From: Bacteriovoracia bacterium
GTDB taxonomy: Bacteria; Bdellovibrionota; Bacteriovoracia; Bacteriovoracales; Bacteriovoracaceae
Length of the DNA: 28,098 bases
Assembly: GCA_046570105.1 (NCBI GenBank)
Contig: JBKHVI010000040.1
Location: 1 to 28,098 of the forward strand
Direction: 5' to 3'
Part shown: positions 27,212-28,098 of the stretch, piece after piece
Numbering within the stretch: the first letter of the stretch is position 1
Layout of the letters: every line of letters begins with the position of its first letter
Position numbers and translations under genes: made by a program
Notes under the pieces: model-generated
Database searches by the model: none
Seen by the model: the letters and a program-made list of their open reading frames with translations, nothing else
What the model was told of the DNA's origin: nothing

Positions 27212-28060
27212 CTACTGCAATGTTACGGCGTCACCAGTTACTTCGGGAGCAGGAATAGGAGCAGGTTTTCCTTGCTCTTCTTCAGGCTCAAATCCATCGG
27301 CGGTATTTACATCGAACGAAGAAAGATCTTCGCTCACTTCTACATAAATTGTTCCCATATTCTCGTTTTGGAAAATCGAGAGCTTCTTCAAGCGCGCGAG
27401 TTCCAAGAGAGAGATAAAGGTAATAACTTTATCAATCACACTGCCATCTTGCTGATCGAGCAAACGATCAAACTCAGTGGTCTCACCAATCTTGAGTGTC
27501 TCTTTCAAATGAATCAATTTTTCTTTAATCGATAAACGATCACGCTTAACCACTGTGTACTTACGGCGCTCACGACGAATCAGATCCATCATGGTGGCGG
27601 TTAAGACTTGCAAATCAATCGGTGTAAGAATGCTGTTCTCAACGGCCTTACGATCCACCTTAGGCTTAATGAAAATCTCATGGCCTTTTTTCGGAAGCGC
27701 CCAAAGTTTTTGACCCAAACGCTGATAGCGCTCAAGCTCTTCCAAGCGACGAATCAACTCTCCACGCGTGGTGATCTGAATGCCTTCTTCGCCCGCAGTA
27801 AATTTCAAGGTGTTTTGTTCTGACTCTTCAACAGCAGTTTGACTCTTGAGCCACAAGAGGGTGGCGGCCATGAAGAGATACTCACCAGCGACATCAAAAT
27901 TGAGATCCTGCATTTTCTGCAAGTAATCGAGATACTGGGAAGTAATGACGGTGACATCAAGTTCGCGGATGGTGACTTCTTCGCGCTGGATAAGATGCAG
28001 CAGCAGTGCCAGCGGTCCATCGAACTGATCCAGGCGGACCAAAATCTCGGTCTCAGACAT
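27212..28060 (-). CDS. scpA: Segregation/condensation kleisin ScpA
   Basis: FDGPLALLLHLI, AGEYLFMAATLLWLKS and TFISLLEL motifs. Confidence 0.94.
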   Translation of the reverse strand: MSETEILVRLDQFDGPLALLLHLIQREEVTIRELDVTVITSQYLDYLQKMQDLNFDVAGEYLFMAATLLWLKSQTAVEESEQNTLKFTAGEEGIQITTRGELIRRLEELERYQRLGQKLWALPKKGHEIFIKPKVDRKAVENSILTPIDLQVLTATMMDLIRRERRKYTVVKRDRLSIKEKLIHLKETLKIGETTEFDRLLDQQDGSVIDKVITFISLLELARLKKLSIFQNENMGTIYVEVSEDLSSFDVNTADGFEPEEEQGKPAPIPAPEVTGDAVTLQ

Positions 28061-28098
28061 GAAAGTCCCTCAAATAAACTTTCTAAACCAATAAAGGC

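Overview
This is a gene-dense bacterial chromosomal window with no integrase, transposase, CRISPR array or rRNA. Many orphan exported proteins, a single-RRM protein, a sigma54-type promoter and the protein styles suggest a Bdellovibrionota (Bacteriovoracia-like) genome, which is an inference only. The left part holds a 5'-truncated beta-lactamase-family serine hydrolase with DUF1304, two exported hypotheticals, divergent terC/exoD, a coupled permease-SDR-lipoprotein operon, tRNA-Asp, an ORF6N DNA-binding gene, DUF808, an RRM gene with a long leader and a trypsin-like lipoprotein. The middle holds an eight-gene phenylacetyl-CoA catabolic cluster (paaE-A-B-C-D-I-thiolase-Z) coupled directly behind trpS. 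The right part holds an exported protein, a desaturase, divergent yeiH-like/DUF4010 genes, tRNA-fMet and a scpA-scpB-rluB-RMD1-like operon. The most striking unexplained signal is a perfect 33-bp inverted repeat (16-bp arms) inside the ORF6N coding sequence, encoding NLRSQIVTSS. Other leads are a His-to-Arg change at the catalytic His of the trypsin-like lipoprotein, an incomplete paa cluster translationally coupled to trpS, and a roughly 200-nt RRM leader.
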